Shown: positions 48,519 to 58,600 of the stretch, one piece after another
How the letters are laid out: each line of letters starts with the position of its first letter
Position numbering within the stretch: the first letter of the stretch is position 1
From: Candidatus Gastranaerophilales bacterium
GTDB lineage: Bacteria > Bacillota > Clostridia > Lachnospirales > Lachnospiraceae
DNA length: 64,000 bases
Direction of reading: 5' to 3'
Assembly (NCBI GenBank): GCA_023663225.1
Contig: JAMPHU010000010.1
Location: forward strand, 1,513-65,512
The notes under the pieces: model-generated
Database searches by the model: none
Seen by the model: only the letters and a program-made list of their open reading frames with translations
Told to the model about the DNA's origin: nothing
Program-made: the position numbers and the translations under genes

Positions 48519-49649
48519 ATGGTTTATCGTAATTTTCAGGATTTAGAGCTTTCCGCGCTTGGTTTGGGCGCAATGCGTCTGCCGGTGATCGATGGAGACG
48601 ATGCGAATATCGATTATGAGGCTGCGCAGGAAATGATCGACTTCGCGTTTGAGCGGGGGATCAATTATTACGATACCGCGTGGGGATATCACGGGGGCAA
48701 TTCCGAAGTCGTGGTGGGAAAGGCGTTGGGAAAGTATCCCAGAGATCAGTATTTTCTCGCCACCAAATTCCCCGGATATGATCTTGCCAATATGCCGAAG
48801 GTGCAGGAGATCTTTGAGGAGCAGTTGAAGAAATGCAATGTGGAATACTTTGATTTCTATCTGTTCCACAATGTCTGTGAGATGAATATTGATGCGTACT
48901 TGGACGAACAATATGGGATCATGGCCTATCTGTCCGCGCAGAAGGAGAACGGCAGGATACGGCATCTGGGCTTTTCGGCGCATGGAAACTATGATGTGAT
49001 GAAACGTTTCCTGGAGGCTTACGGCGACAGGATGGAGTTTTGCCAGATTCAGTTGAATTATCTGGATTGGTCTTTCCAGGACGCAAAGGCGAAGGTGGAG
49101 CTTTTGAACGATTACCATATCCCGATCTGGGTCATGGAGCCTCTGCGGGGTGGAAAGCTGGCGACATTGTCTGAGAAGGACACTGCGACGCTAAAAGTGC
49201 TGCGGCCCGACGAGGAGGTGCCTGCGTGGGCGTTCCGTTTCCTGCAGACTATTCCCGGCGTGACGATGATACTCTCCGGCATGTCCAACATGGAGCAGTT
49301 GAAGGCGAATATCAAGACTTTCGAGACAGAGAGCCCTCTTTCGGACAAGGAGCGGGATACGCTTCTGCAGGTGGCTGAGGGGATGTTGAACGGCGCCCTG
49401 CCCTGCACGGCGTGCCGCTATTGTGTGAGCCATTGTCCCAAGGGGTTAGACATTCCCAATCTGTTGGAATTGTATAACGAGCACAATTTTACGGGAGGCG
49501 GTTTTATCGCGCCCATGGCTCTGATGGCGCTGCCCGAGGAGAAGCATCCTACCGCCTGCGTGGGCTGCCGCAGTTGTGAGGCGGTCTGTCCGCAGCGGAT
49601 CAAGATATCCGAGGCGATGGCGGATTTTGGCGCCAGGTTGAAAGGTTGA
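48519..49649 (+). CDS. Aldo/keto reductase with a C-terminal 4Fe-4S ferredoxin-type domain
   Basis: AKR N-terminus LGLGAMRLP..INYYDTAWGYHGG. C-terminal CTACRYCVSHCP and CVGCRSCEAVCP cluster motifs. Confidence 0.9.
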   Translation: MVYRNFQDLELSALGLGAMRLPVIDGDDANIDYEAAQEMIDFAFERGINYYDTAWGYHGGNSEVVVGKALGKYPRDQYFLATKFPGYDLANMPKVQEIFEEQLKKCNVEYFDFYLFHNVCEMNIDAYLDEQYGIMAYLSAQKENGRIRHLGFSAHGNYDVMKRFLEAYGDRMEFCQIQLNYLDWSFQDAKAKVELLNDYHIPIWVMEPLRGGKLATLSEKDTATLKVLRPDEEVPAWAFRFLQTIPGVTMILSGMSNMEQLKANIKTFETESPLSDKERDTLLQVAEGMLNGALPCTACRYCVSHCPKGLDIPNLLELYNEHNFTGGGFIAPMALMALPEEKHPTACVGCRSCEAVCPQRIKISEAMADFGARLKG

Positions 49650-49671
49650 GGTAACGGGATAAAATTTTTTG

Positions 49672-49700
49672 TTGACAAACATTGTATTATAGTATACAAT
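49672..49700 (+). promoter_or_regulatory. Candidate promoter (TTGACA-N17-TACAAT) upstream of the ATP-grasp operon
   Basis: TTGACA at 49672-49677 and TACAAT at 49695-49700. Confidence 0.5.
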
Positions 49701-49718
49701 CTCAGACATAGGACTGGC

Positions 49719-49755
49719 AACGAGGCTGATCATAGCGTATCAGCCTCGTTTTTTT
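49719..49755 (+). terminator. Strong Rho-independent terminator between the candidate promoter and the ATP-grasp start codon
   Basis: AACGAGGCTGAT (49719-49730), 8-nt loop, ATCAGCCTCGTT (49739-49750), then TTTTT. The RBS GGGAGGAGG follows directly. Confidence 0.75.
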
Positions 49756-49771
49756 GGGAGGAGGCGTCTTC

Positions 49772-51091
49772 ATGCAGCAAATGGAGTTATTGAAACACAC
49801 GGACAAAGTCAACGAATTGTTGGCGCGTTATGGGGTGAAGTTTGGCATTTACAAGAATCATGTGTTCAAAGAACAGTTGTTTCCCTTTGACTCCATACCC
49901 AGAATCATTGAGCACGACGAGTTTGTTTTTCTGGAAAAAGGCTTGAAACAGCGTGTCATGGCCTTGAATTTATTTCTGAAGGATATTTACAGCAAAAAGC
50001 AGATCGTGAAAGACGGGATTGTTCCGGAGGACTTTATCTATGCTTCCAGCGGATATCTGGCGGAATGTGAGGGCACGGCGCCTCCCAAGGGAATTTATTC
50101 CCACATATCCGGAATCGACTTGGTGAAGGGAAAGGACGATCGCTGGTATATATTGGAGGACAACCTGAGAGTGCCGTCGGGTGCGTCCTATCCCATGATC
50201 GCGAGAGATCTGTGCAGGAGGAGTTCGCCGGATACTTTTCACAGCTACAGACTGGAGGACAATCGGAATTATGCGGATCTGCTGCGCAAGACCATGGATT
50301 ATGTCAACCCGGGCGGGCATACGGTGATTTTGACGCCGGGCAGATATAATGCAGCGTATTTTGAACATTCCTATCTGGCGGAAAAGACGGGGGCGCATCT
50401 TGTGACCGGTTCGGAACTGGTGGTGGAAAAGGATGTGCTGTACTATATTTCTTCCAACGGAGGAAAGGAGCGAGTGGGGGCCGTGTACCGCAGGATCTCG
50501 GACGAGTATCTGGACCCGATGACTTTTAATCCGGAATCCCTGATCGGAATCCCACATATTTACGAGGTGTTCCGAAAGGGCAATGTGGCATTGCTCAATG
50601 CGCCGGGAAACGGTGTGGCGGACGATAAGGGAATCTACTATTTTGTGCCCAAAATGATCCGCTATTATCTGAACGAGGAGCCGATCCTTGACAACGCGCC
50701 GACCTATCTGCCGTTTTACGAGAAAGATAGGAAATATGTACTGGAACATTTTGATGATCTGGTGCTAAAAGATGTGGCGGAGGCCGGCGGGTACGGCGTC
50801 GTATTTGGCAATACCATGACCAGACAGCAGAAAGAGGATTTTATCGCCCTGTTAAAGAGAGAGCCGAGGCGGTTTATCGCGCAGGAAGTGATCGATTTTC
50901 AAGATCTGGATATTGTGGACAACGGGGAGATCGTACCGAGGAAAGCGGATCTGAGGGCCTTTGTGTTGATGGCACAGGAGCCGATGGTCTGGAAGAGTGG
51001 ACTGACCAGATTTTCCAGGAATCCGGATTCGTTTATCGTGAACTCATCGCAGGGAGGAGGGTTTAAAGACACATGGGTATTATATCAGTAG
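49772..51091 (+). CDS. Circularly permuted type-2 ATP-grasp protein (COG2308-like)
   Basis: About 440 aa, with family-typical FDSIPRII..F..LE.GL.QR..ALN.FL.DIY, NLRVPSGASY and LLNAPGNGVADDK segments. ATG 49772. Confidence 0.85.
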   Translation: MQQMELLKHTDKVNELLARYGVKFGIYKNHVFKEQLFPFDSIPRIIEHDEFVFLEKGLKQRVMALNLFLKDIYSKKQIVKDGIVPEDFIYASSGYLAECEGTAPPKGIYSHISGIDLVKGKDDRWYILEDNLRVPSGASYPMIARDLCRRSSPDTFHSYRLEDNRNYADLLRKTMDYVNPGGHTVILTPGRYNAAYFEHSYLAEKTGAHLVTGSELVVEKDVLYYISSNGGKERVGAVYRRISDEYLDPMTFNPESLIGIPHIYEVFRKGNVALLNAPGNGVADDKGIYYFVPKMIRYYLNEEPILDNAPTYLPFYEKDRKYVLEHFDDLVLKDVAEAGGYGVVFGNTMTRQQKEDFIALLKREPRRFIAQEVIDFQDLDIVDNGEIVPRKADLRAFVLMAQEPMVWKSGLTRFSRNPDSFIVNSSQGGGFKDTWVLYQ

Positions 51092-51735
51092 AGCAGGCGG
51101 ATCATTTATATTGGCTGGGGAGGTACACGGAGCGCGTGTACACTACGCTCCGATTCTATTTTCCAAGATTTGACAATATGATCGATGAGGTGGTGGACAG
51201 TTACCAGGCATTTTGCGATTCTATAGATATTCCGAACATCTATACATCGAAGGAAGATTTTCTGCGGCGTTATCCTTTTGATGAAACGAATCCGGATTCG
51301 ATCATCAGTAATCTCAATCGGGCGTATGACAATGCCATTGTCCTGAGAGAGAGCATCGGTTCGGAAGCGTTCTCCTATATCCAACTTGCCGTGTATGACA
51401 TGAAAAAAGCGGCGGTGAGCAAGTCGCCGCTCATTGAGCTGCAATATTTGATAGACCATATTTTGTCCTTTTGGGGCATTGCAGACGACCAGATCGATTC
51501 CGAGCAGGTGCGAAACATGATCAAGGCAGGGAAGCGGATTGAGCGCATCGATATGTATGCAAGGCTTGCGGTATCGCAAAAAGAATTGATCAGAGAGGTG
51601 CACCGCATGATCCCCAGGGTGGAGAGAAGCGGATTGTCCTATGATAAGACAAAATTGGAATTGTTGAAAAGCCTTGTGGAAAGTCCTGATTTGGATTACT
51701 ATAAGATTGTATCAAATGTTGAGGCGATCCTATAG
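51073..51735 (+). CDS. Alpha-E domain protein (COG2307-like), short form
   Basis: N-terminal ADHLYWLGRYTERVYTTLR matches the alpha-E signature (LYW.GRY.ER). Only 220 aa. Overlaps the ATP-grasp gene by 19 nt. Confidence 0.75.
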   Translation: MGIISVEQADHLYWLGRYTERVYTTLRFYFPRFDNMIDEVVDSYQAFCDSIDIPNIYTSKEDFLRRYPFDETNPDSIISNLNRAYDNAIVLRESIGSEAFSYIQLAVYDMKKAAVSKSPLIELQYLIDHILSFWGIADDQIDSEQVRNMIKAGKRIERIDMYARLAVSQKELIREVHRMIPRVERSGLSYDKTKLELLKSLVESPDLDYYKIVSNVEAIL

Positions 51736-51757
51736 CGGACAGGTTAGGAGTGATCTT

Positions 51758-52549
51758 GTGGCGGTACTGCACTTTGCGTACAAAATGGAGATAGCATATG
51801 AGAAGTACGTGGACAGGTGTTATTTTACGATCAAGTGTATCCCAAGGGAAGACGCCAGGCAGCGTCTGTTGGGGATAACACTTTCCGTATTCCCTGGGAC
51901 AGAGTATTCCACAGGGGAGGATTCTTTTGGGAACAGGCAGATCTATGGCTGCGAGACGAACCCCCATGACAGGTTTGTATTCCGGGCGGCCGGCGATGTG
52001 GAGATCCTTCGCACAGACTATGAGGAAGCAAAGAACCGGATGACGGGAGTTTACCGGATCCCACACGGGAAATGCGTGCCCGGCCCCAAGCTTCTGGAAT
52101 ATTATCAGTCTTACGATATTTCCGGCTGTGGGAGTTCTTTTGAAAAATGTGTGATGTGGATGCATAGGCTGCATCAGGACTTTTCCTATGTGTCGGGAGT
52201 CACACAGGTCGATACGACCGCGGAAGATGCATGGAGCATGGGAAAGGGCGTGTGTCAGGATTATGCGCATATTTATGTCGCTTTGCTCCGTATGGCGGGG
52301 ATCCCTGCCCGCTATGTGTGCGGGATGATCGTCGGGGAAGGCGCCAGTCATGCGTGGGCGGAAGCACTTTGCGGTGACAGATGGGTGGCGTTTGATCCCA
52401 CGAATGACTGCCTGGTATCAGACCGGCACATCAAGCTTGGCCATGGCAGGGATGCGGCTGACTGCGCGATCAATCGCGGGTTGATGTGGAATGGCGGGGC
52501 ACAGTCGCAGAAGATTACAGTCCTGGTGGAAGAAAGAAGGATGGAATGA
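51758..52549 (+). CDS. Transglutaminase-like cysteine protease family protein (Bact_transglu_N + TGase core)
   Basis: TGase core GKGVCQDYAHIYVALLRMAGIPARYV..SHAWAE..FDPTN (Cys-His-Asp triad). GTG 51758, 7 nt after AGGAG, chosen as the start. Confidence 0.8.
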   Translation: MAVLHFAYKMEIAYEKYVDRCYFTIKCIPREDARQRLLGITLSVFPGTEYSTGEDSFGNRQIYGCETNPHDRFVFRAAGDVEILRTDYEEAKNRMTGVYRIPHGKCVPGPKLLEYYQSYDISGCGSSFEKCVMWMHRLHQDFSYVSGVTQVDTTAEDAWSMGKGVCQDYAHIYVALLRMAGIPARYVCGMIVGEGASHAWAEALCGDRWVAFDPTNDCLVSDRHIKLGHGRDAADCAINRGLMWNGGAQSQKITVLVEERRME

Positions 52550-52550
52550 T

Positions 52551-53501
52551 ATGATAAAGACAATAGCAGCGGTGGGACTGCCCGTGGACGAGGTGTTGGA
52601 GATCAAAAGGAACCGCCTCCAGCCGGAGTCGCCCGCGGACGGCATGAAGCGCATCAGCGTTGTGACAGGTATCCATGGGGACGAGTTGGAGGGGCAGTAT
52701 GTCTGTTATGAACTGCAGCGCCGCATAGAACAGAACAAAGAATGTCTCACCGGAATCGTCGATATTTATCCGGCGATGAACCCGCTGGGTATCGATTCCA
52801 TTACCAGAGGGATTCCGGCTTTTGACCTGGACATGAACCGCATGTTCCCCGGAGATATTGACGGCAGCATGATCGAGTATGTGGTTGCCAGGATTATAGA
52901 GGATGTGGCAGGATCCGACTGCGTGCTGGATATCCATGCCAGCAACATTTATCTGACCGAGATACCCCAGATCCGCATCAATGAGCTGCATCAGGATACG
53001 CTTGTGCCGATGGCGGAGGCCGCCAATGTCGATCTGATATGGGTACATGGCGCCAGCACGGTTCTGGAATCGACTTTCGCGTACAGCTTAAACCATATCG
53101 GGACGCCGGTTTTGGTGGTAGAGATGGGCGTGGGCATGCGCATCACGCGCAGATACGGGGATCAGTTGGTGGATGGGATCTTTCATCTGATGAAGAAAAT
53201 GGGCATCTGGACCGGAGAGGTCAGATCGGTGAAAAAGCCGATTATATCGAGAGATCCCGAAGACGTCTGTTATTTAAATGCCAGTGTCGGCGGGGTGTTC
53301 ATTCCCAGCGTGCAGCATGGCGCCAAATTGAAGAAAGATGAGATCATAGGGCAGATTGTAGACCCCTTATGCGGGAAGGTGTTGGACGAGGTGAGAACGC
53401 CTGACGACGGGATGCTGTTTACCATAAGGGAATACCCCGTTGTAGTCGAAGGTTCTCTGATGGGACGTCTGCTGAAAAAGGAAGTGTGCGGTTATGAATA
53501 A
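52551..53501 (+). CDS. Succinylglutamate desuccinylase/aspartoacylase-family (M14-like, COG3608-type) zinc deacylase, catalytically intact
   Basis: HxxE zinc motif VVTGIHGDELEG, NRMFPG, third ligand LDIHAS and catalytic Glu in LVVEMG. Starts 1 nt after the TGase stop. Confidence 0.8.
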   Translation: MIKTIAAVGLPVDEVLEIKRNRLQPESPADGMKRISVVTGIHGDELEGQYVCYELQRRIEQNKECLTGIVDIYPAMNPLGIDSITRGIPAFDLDMNRMFPGDIDGSMIEYVVARIIEDVAGSDCVLDIHASNIYLTEIPQIRINELHQDTLVPMAEAANVDLIWVHGASTVLESTFAYSLNHIGTPVLVVEMGVGMRITRRYGDQLVDGIFHLMKKMGIWTGEVRSVKKPIISRDPEDVCYLNASVGGVFIPSVQHGAKLKKDEIIGQIVDPLCGKVLDEVRTPDDGMLFTIREYPVVVEGSLMGRLLKKEVCGYE

Positions 53502-54423
53502 AAGGATTATTTATGAACTCAAGGGGATCTACCGAGATACGTTCCGCGTGACAGGGTATGAATTTGGAGAGGGAGTGCGATCGGTCTGTATCGTGGGCAG
53601 CTCAAGGGGAAATGAAGTCCAGCAGATTTACTGCTGTTCCCAACTGGTGAAGAAAATGAAACAGTTGGAGGAGGAAGGGCGGATCACAAAAGGACATAAA
53701 ATTCTGATCATCCCTTCGATCAATCCCTATTCCATGAACATACAAAAAAGGTTTTGGTCAACTGACAACACGGATATCAACAGGATGTTCCCCGGATATG
53801 ATCTGGGGGAAACCACACAGAGGATCGCGGATGGCGTTTTCAGAGAAATTTCGGAGTACCGGTTTGGCATCCAGTTTACCTCTTTTTATATGCCGGGAGA
53901 TTTTGTGCCGCATGTGCGGCTGATGGATGAGGGATTCAGCGATCCTGAGATAGCCTGTCAGTTTGGACTTCCCTATGTGATCATCCGCAGGGTGAGACCT
54001 TACGACACCACAACGCTGAACTATAACTGGCAGGTGTGGGACACGCAGGCTTTTTCCCTATATACCTCCACCACGTCGAGAATTGATAAAAATAGCGCAG
54101 GCCAGGCAGTCTTGGCGGTGATGAACTTTTTGTCCGGTCAGGGAATGTTAAAATACAGTATACCGGACAAGCTACATTCCAAGATTGTACAGGATGAAGA
54201 TATGATTTTGATCAAAACGGCAAAGTCGGGTATCTTCGAGCCGATGGTAAAGGCGGGGGAGGAAGTCAAGACCGGACAGCCGCTGGCAAATATCCTGAAT
54301 CCCTATGAAGGGGATATCCTGGAAACGCTTTATGCGCCCTTTAACAGGATTGTGTTTTTTGTGCACAATGAGCCGTTGACCTATGCGAATACGGCGGTGG
54401 TGAAGTTGATTGAGAAGTATTGA
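53494..54423 (+). CDS. AstE/AspA-family paralog with degenerate active site (probable pseudoenzyme)
   Basis: Alignable with the upstream gene (INRMFPG conserved), but HGDE->RGNE, LDIHAS->IQFTSF and VVEMG->SLYTS. Overlaps the upstream gene by 8 nt. Confidence 0.7.
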   Translation: MNKRIIYELKGIYRDTFRVTGYEFGEGVRSVCIVGSSRGNEVQQIYCCSQLVKKMKQLEEEGRITKGHKILIIPSINPYSMNIQKRFWSTDNTDINRMFPGYDLGETTQRIADGVFREISEYRFGIQFTSFYMPGDFVPHVRLMDEGFSDPEIACQFGLPYVIIRRVRPYDTTTLNYNWQVWDTQAFSLYTSTTSRIDKNSAGQAVLAVMNFLSGQGMLKYSIPDKLHSKIVQDEDMILIKTAKSGIFEPMVKAGEEVKTGQPLANILNPYEGDILETLYAPFNRIVFFVHNEPLTYANTAVVKLIEKY

Positions 54424-54445
54424 GCGATCCAACACCACAAAATCG

Positions 54446-54474
54446 TTGACATCGAATATGACACCACATATAAT
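54446..54474 (+). promoter_or_regulatory. Perfect consensus sigma-70 promoter (TTGACA-N17-TATAAT)
   Basis: TTGACA at 54446-54451 and TATAAT at 54469-54474. The next annotated start codon is 227 nt downstream. Confidence 0.5.
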
Positions 54475-54700
54475 GTAAATGAGGAGTATTTAGGGTGTCA
54501 ACCAATTACAATACCAAAACATGAACCAATTAAGAAGGTTTATGTAGAGATGGTGAAGCAAATTGTGGAATCAGTATTGTGTATATCTTCTTTCCAGAAA
54601 TGATGCAGTTTATTCAAAATAGGAATAATGAATGATGTAATTGAAGTAAAAATAGGCGCATATAGTATGGTAAGGCGGTTCGTTGTGGGGGGAGCGCAAT

Positions 54701-55426
54701 ATGAGTAAGAAAACGGCGGCAATCCTGGGTATGGTTATCCTGGTAGGGTTGCTGCTTTTTTGTATGCGTGGAAACAAGCTTTGGGAAAATCGCACCGCCC
54801 TAGGCCACGCGGCGGCTTTTGGGACTGCGATTTCCAAAGTGTCGGATGTCTCCGAGACGCCTGTGGAAGAAGTGAAGAAAATTGCCATTACCTTTGATGA
54901 CGGTCCTCATCCTCATTACACGGAGCAACTTTTGGACGGGTTGCAGGAACGGGGAGTGGTCGCCACTTTTTTTGTCACGGGAGAGCACGCCCAGTTGCAT
55001 CCAGATATTATCCTGCGGATGCAGGAGGAGGGACACCTTATCGGCAACCATACATACAGTCATATCCAGCTCACCTCTTCCAATCGGGAAAAATTTAAGG
55101 AAGAGTTGATCGCCACCAATGAGGTGATCGAGGAGATCACAGGGGTGGAGGTAGAGTATGTGCGGCCGCCTTACGGCTCCTGGGATAAGAGCTTTGAGTC
55201 GGAACTCAATATGTTTCCGGTGCTGTGGACGGTGGACCCCTTGGACTGGTGTTCGGGCAATGCCTCCTGTATCGTGGAGAAGATCGTGAGTAAGGCGGGG
55301 GAAAATGATATTATTTTGATGCATGACTATTATGACACCAGCGTGACGGCAGCCTTGAAAGCCATCGACAAACTCAAGGAGGAGGGGTACACCTTTGTGA
55401 CGGTGGAGGAGATTTTGTTTGACTGA
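54701..55426 (+). CDS. Polysaccharide deacetylase (CE4, NodB homology domain), membrane-anchored
   Basis: N-terminal TM segment. NodB motifs ITFDDGP, ATFFVTG, IGNHTYSH, RPPYG and ILMHD. Confidence 0.9.
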   Translation: MSKKTAAILGMVILVGLLLFCMRGNKLWENRTALGHAAAFGTAISKVSDVSETPVEEVKKIAITFDDGPHPHYTEQLLDGLQERGVVATFFVTGEHAQLHPDIILRMQEEGHLIGNHTYSHIQLTSSNREKFKEELIATNEVIEEITGVEVEYVRPPYGSWDKSFESELNMFPVLWTVDPLDWCSGNASCIVEKIVSKAGENDIILMHDYYDTSVTAALKAIDKLKEEGYTFVTVEEILFD

Positions 55427-55538
55427 CGAGAAAAAAGCAAATAAATTATATTGAAAGTCTTACTAAAATGCATTTTTCGACAGCCCCCGGACGAAAAAGG
55501 AATCGCGTTATTTTCTGGGAAAGAAATATCCGGAGTAA

Positions 55539-55567
55539 TTGACAGGTTGGAAAAAATTTGTTATGAT
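55539..55567 (+). promoter_or_regulatory. Candidate promoter (TTGACA-N17-TATGAT) of the giant pectinolytic gene
   Basis: TTGACA at 55539-55544 and TATGAT at 55562-55567. The ~100-nt leader contains two hairpins (55587-55621 and 55629-55646). Confidence 0.5.
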
Positions 55568-55668
55568 AAAGTCAGTTTTTTGTAACAGGGGGTGACTTGC
55601 GCGCTTTTATCAGGAAAAGCGGCAAGTCGGGGCGCAAGCGTCCCCAAGAAAATGCAGGAGGTGTGATT

Positions 55669-58600
55669 ATGAAAGGATGGACGAAGCGTTCATCTTCACG
55701 CAGCAGAGCGATGGCATTGACCCTCAGTGCCGCGATGCTCGCCAGCAATATTCTCGGCGGGCAGTATGTGTATGCTGTGGAGGGAGATAGCGTGACCATG
55801 GATCCGGGAGGAACTGTTTCCGGATCAGATGTCGTGACCACGGATCCGGAGGGAGCTGTTCCCGGAACGGATGCCGTGACCCCGGATCCGGAGGGAACCG
55901 GTTCCGGATCAGATGTTGTGGCCGCAGGTCCGGAGGAGACTGTTTCCGGATCAGATGCCAATGTGAATCCAGGGGGGGTACTTCAGGCACAGCCGATGAA
56001 GTCTGTGTCGGACTCTAATCAGAGTTTATTCACGACAGGCGGCGACTACACTGACTTTTTGACAGATGAGAAAGTCGCAGATCTGAACTTTGGTACAGAT
56101 GTTACCACCAGTAATGCCTACGAGGACGGCAAGGGCGGTTTCTCTGACATTACATGGCAAGAGGCAAAAGGATGGGTTGGAAGCATATACTATCCGAGAG
56201 AGTCAAGTAAGACGCCGGGCGTTACTTATGTGGCGGATGCGGCCGGAAGTCTGGCGATCAAGAGTAAAGTCTGGACAGAGACGGAAAGCACCGGATACGG
56301 GGTCTTCACCTACGAGGAGACCGCAGAGTACGACATTCCGGTGGACAATGCGGATTTCAAGGTGGCTGTCACCCTTGTCAATCCAGGGAGCACCGAGTAT
56401 ACGGCGTATCTGGAGGCGGAGGATATCACCAGGGTCACAGATATCACAGTGGCTCCGAACGCGAGTGTGACCAAAGAGTTTAACGCTTCCGTGGTGGACG
56501 GCTCTCTGAGCTTAAAGTTCCTCGGGAAGAGCGATGCGACGTCTGCGGATGCCGCGGCGGAGCAGACGGTCTATGTGGCGAATGTGACGGCTACCAGGCT
56601 TGCCACCAATGCGCCGGGAGCTAAGCCCACGATCTATCTGGCTTCTGACTCCACGGTGCAGACTTATGAGGATGTTTACGATCCGCAGACCGGATGGGGC
56701 GAGACGCTGGCGATGTTCTTCGGCGGTGACGTGGAGGAGCGGCCCGCTTCTGACTGTACCTATGGCCAGGCTCGCGTCTATGAGGCGGCGAATGTGATCG
56801 TGGAGAACCGCGCCATCGGCGGACGTTCTTCCAAGTCCTTCATCGACGAGGGCAAGCTGGACGACCTGCTGGAGGATATCCGGCCGGGCGATTACCTGTT
56901 TGTACAGTGGGGACACAATGACGCCACAAGCAGCAGACCGAATCGGTATGTGTCTCCCGAAGATTTCAAAATATGGATTCAGTATTACGTAGATGGCGCG
57001 CTGCAGCGCGGCGCGACTCCTGTCCTGGTGACTCCCGTTGCCAGATACAGCTACGATGAAAAGTCCGGCTCTTTTGTGGGCAATTTTGAGGCATACGGCG
57101 ATGTGATGCGTTCAATGGCCCAGGAGCAAGGATTGGCTCTGATAGATCTGACCGCGCGTTCTCTCGCGGTATGTAATAATTTCGGAAAAGATGGCGCGAG
57201 ATCCCTTTTCCTGATGGTGGAAGCGGGAGAATACCCGAATGGAAACTATGCGGGCGGAGCGAATGACTCGACCCATTTACAGTGGTATGGCGCTTACAAA
57301 TTCTCACAGTGCGTGGCACAGGGGATTCAGGAGAGCGACAAGCTTACCGATTTGGCAGAAAAAGTTGTAATGAGCATACCGGAGACTGCGCCGGGGGCTG
57401 TTACAGAATTAAAGAGCGGCACAGTCGGCGCTTCCAGCGTATCCATGAGCTGGAATGAAGCGACGGGTGCGGAGCTGTACTATATTTACCGCCAGGAACT
57501 GGCGGACGGTGCGACCGCTGACAGTGTAGATTTCTCAAGCGCGGATAAGTATTCCGTGTCTGTCAAGGCAAGCTACACTGACAGCAAATGTGAAGCCGGC
57601 AAGACCTATGTGTATGCGGTGAGAGCGTTTAACGAGAAGGGTCTGGGAGAAATTTCCAACAAGATCACCGTGACGACCAAGGAGGCGGGATGGAAGTTTG
57701 ACTTTAACTATAACAACTCTCCTACGCTGGCAGGCTGGATCGGTATCAATCAGAACTTTGCGTATGATGCGAAGCTGGGATATGGATTTACCAAGGCTCC
57801 CGGCGATGGCCGTAACAGAGGCAAAGACACCGGATGCGCGGACGCGACCGGCCCTCTGGGAGATATGGGTATCGACTTCGTGTTAGGTGAGAGCATTTTC
57901 GAGCTGGATGTTCCCAATGGCGACTATGAGATCACCGGATACGGCGGAGATATGCTGAAACCCGACGCGTCTACCATTTCGTCAAGATTTACTGCGGAGG
58001 GTGTGTCTATCGGCGGCACTTCTTCCAAAGGCGCCATCGGCAGCTTCACCGCGACAGTGCGCGTGGAGGACGGCAAGCTGACGATTGGAAACAGCGGTTA
58101 TATGATGGGTCTTACCGTGACCGAGATTTTGAAAGCGCCTTCCGCACTGGCGGTCAGAGAGGCGTCAGTGAAGGGCAGCAATTATGAATTCTCGTTGGGC
58201 TTTGTAGGCGTGGACGAGGCAGTGAAATATAATGTCTACAGAAAAGGGACCACGGACAAGGAATTTGCGCTGATTAAGAGCTTTACTGTAGAGCAGTACA
58301 AGGAGGACGAGCTGGGCTGTCAGCAGCAGAACGTGCTTCTGGGCGATACTTATGAGTACTATATGACCTGTGTCACGGCGGACGGTACGGAGTCGGCGCG
58401 CAGCGCGATCTATACGGTGAAGGCTGTGCTGGACGGTGTGCCCGCTCCGGCAGCGCCTGAGAATGTGAGATGCACTTCTCCCACGGAGGATGTGGAAGAG
58501 CTGCAGCGTTTTGTCACCATCGAGTGGGATGCGGTGCCCGCTGTCACAGGCGAGGACAATAAGCAGTACAGTGTGATCCGTTATAATATCTATCGCTCTG

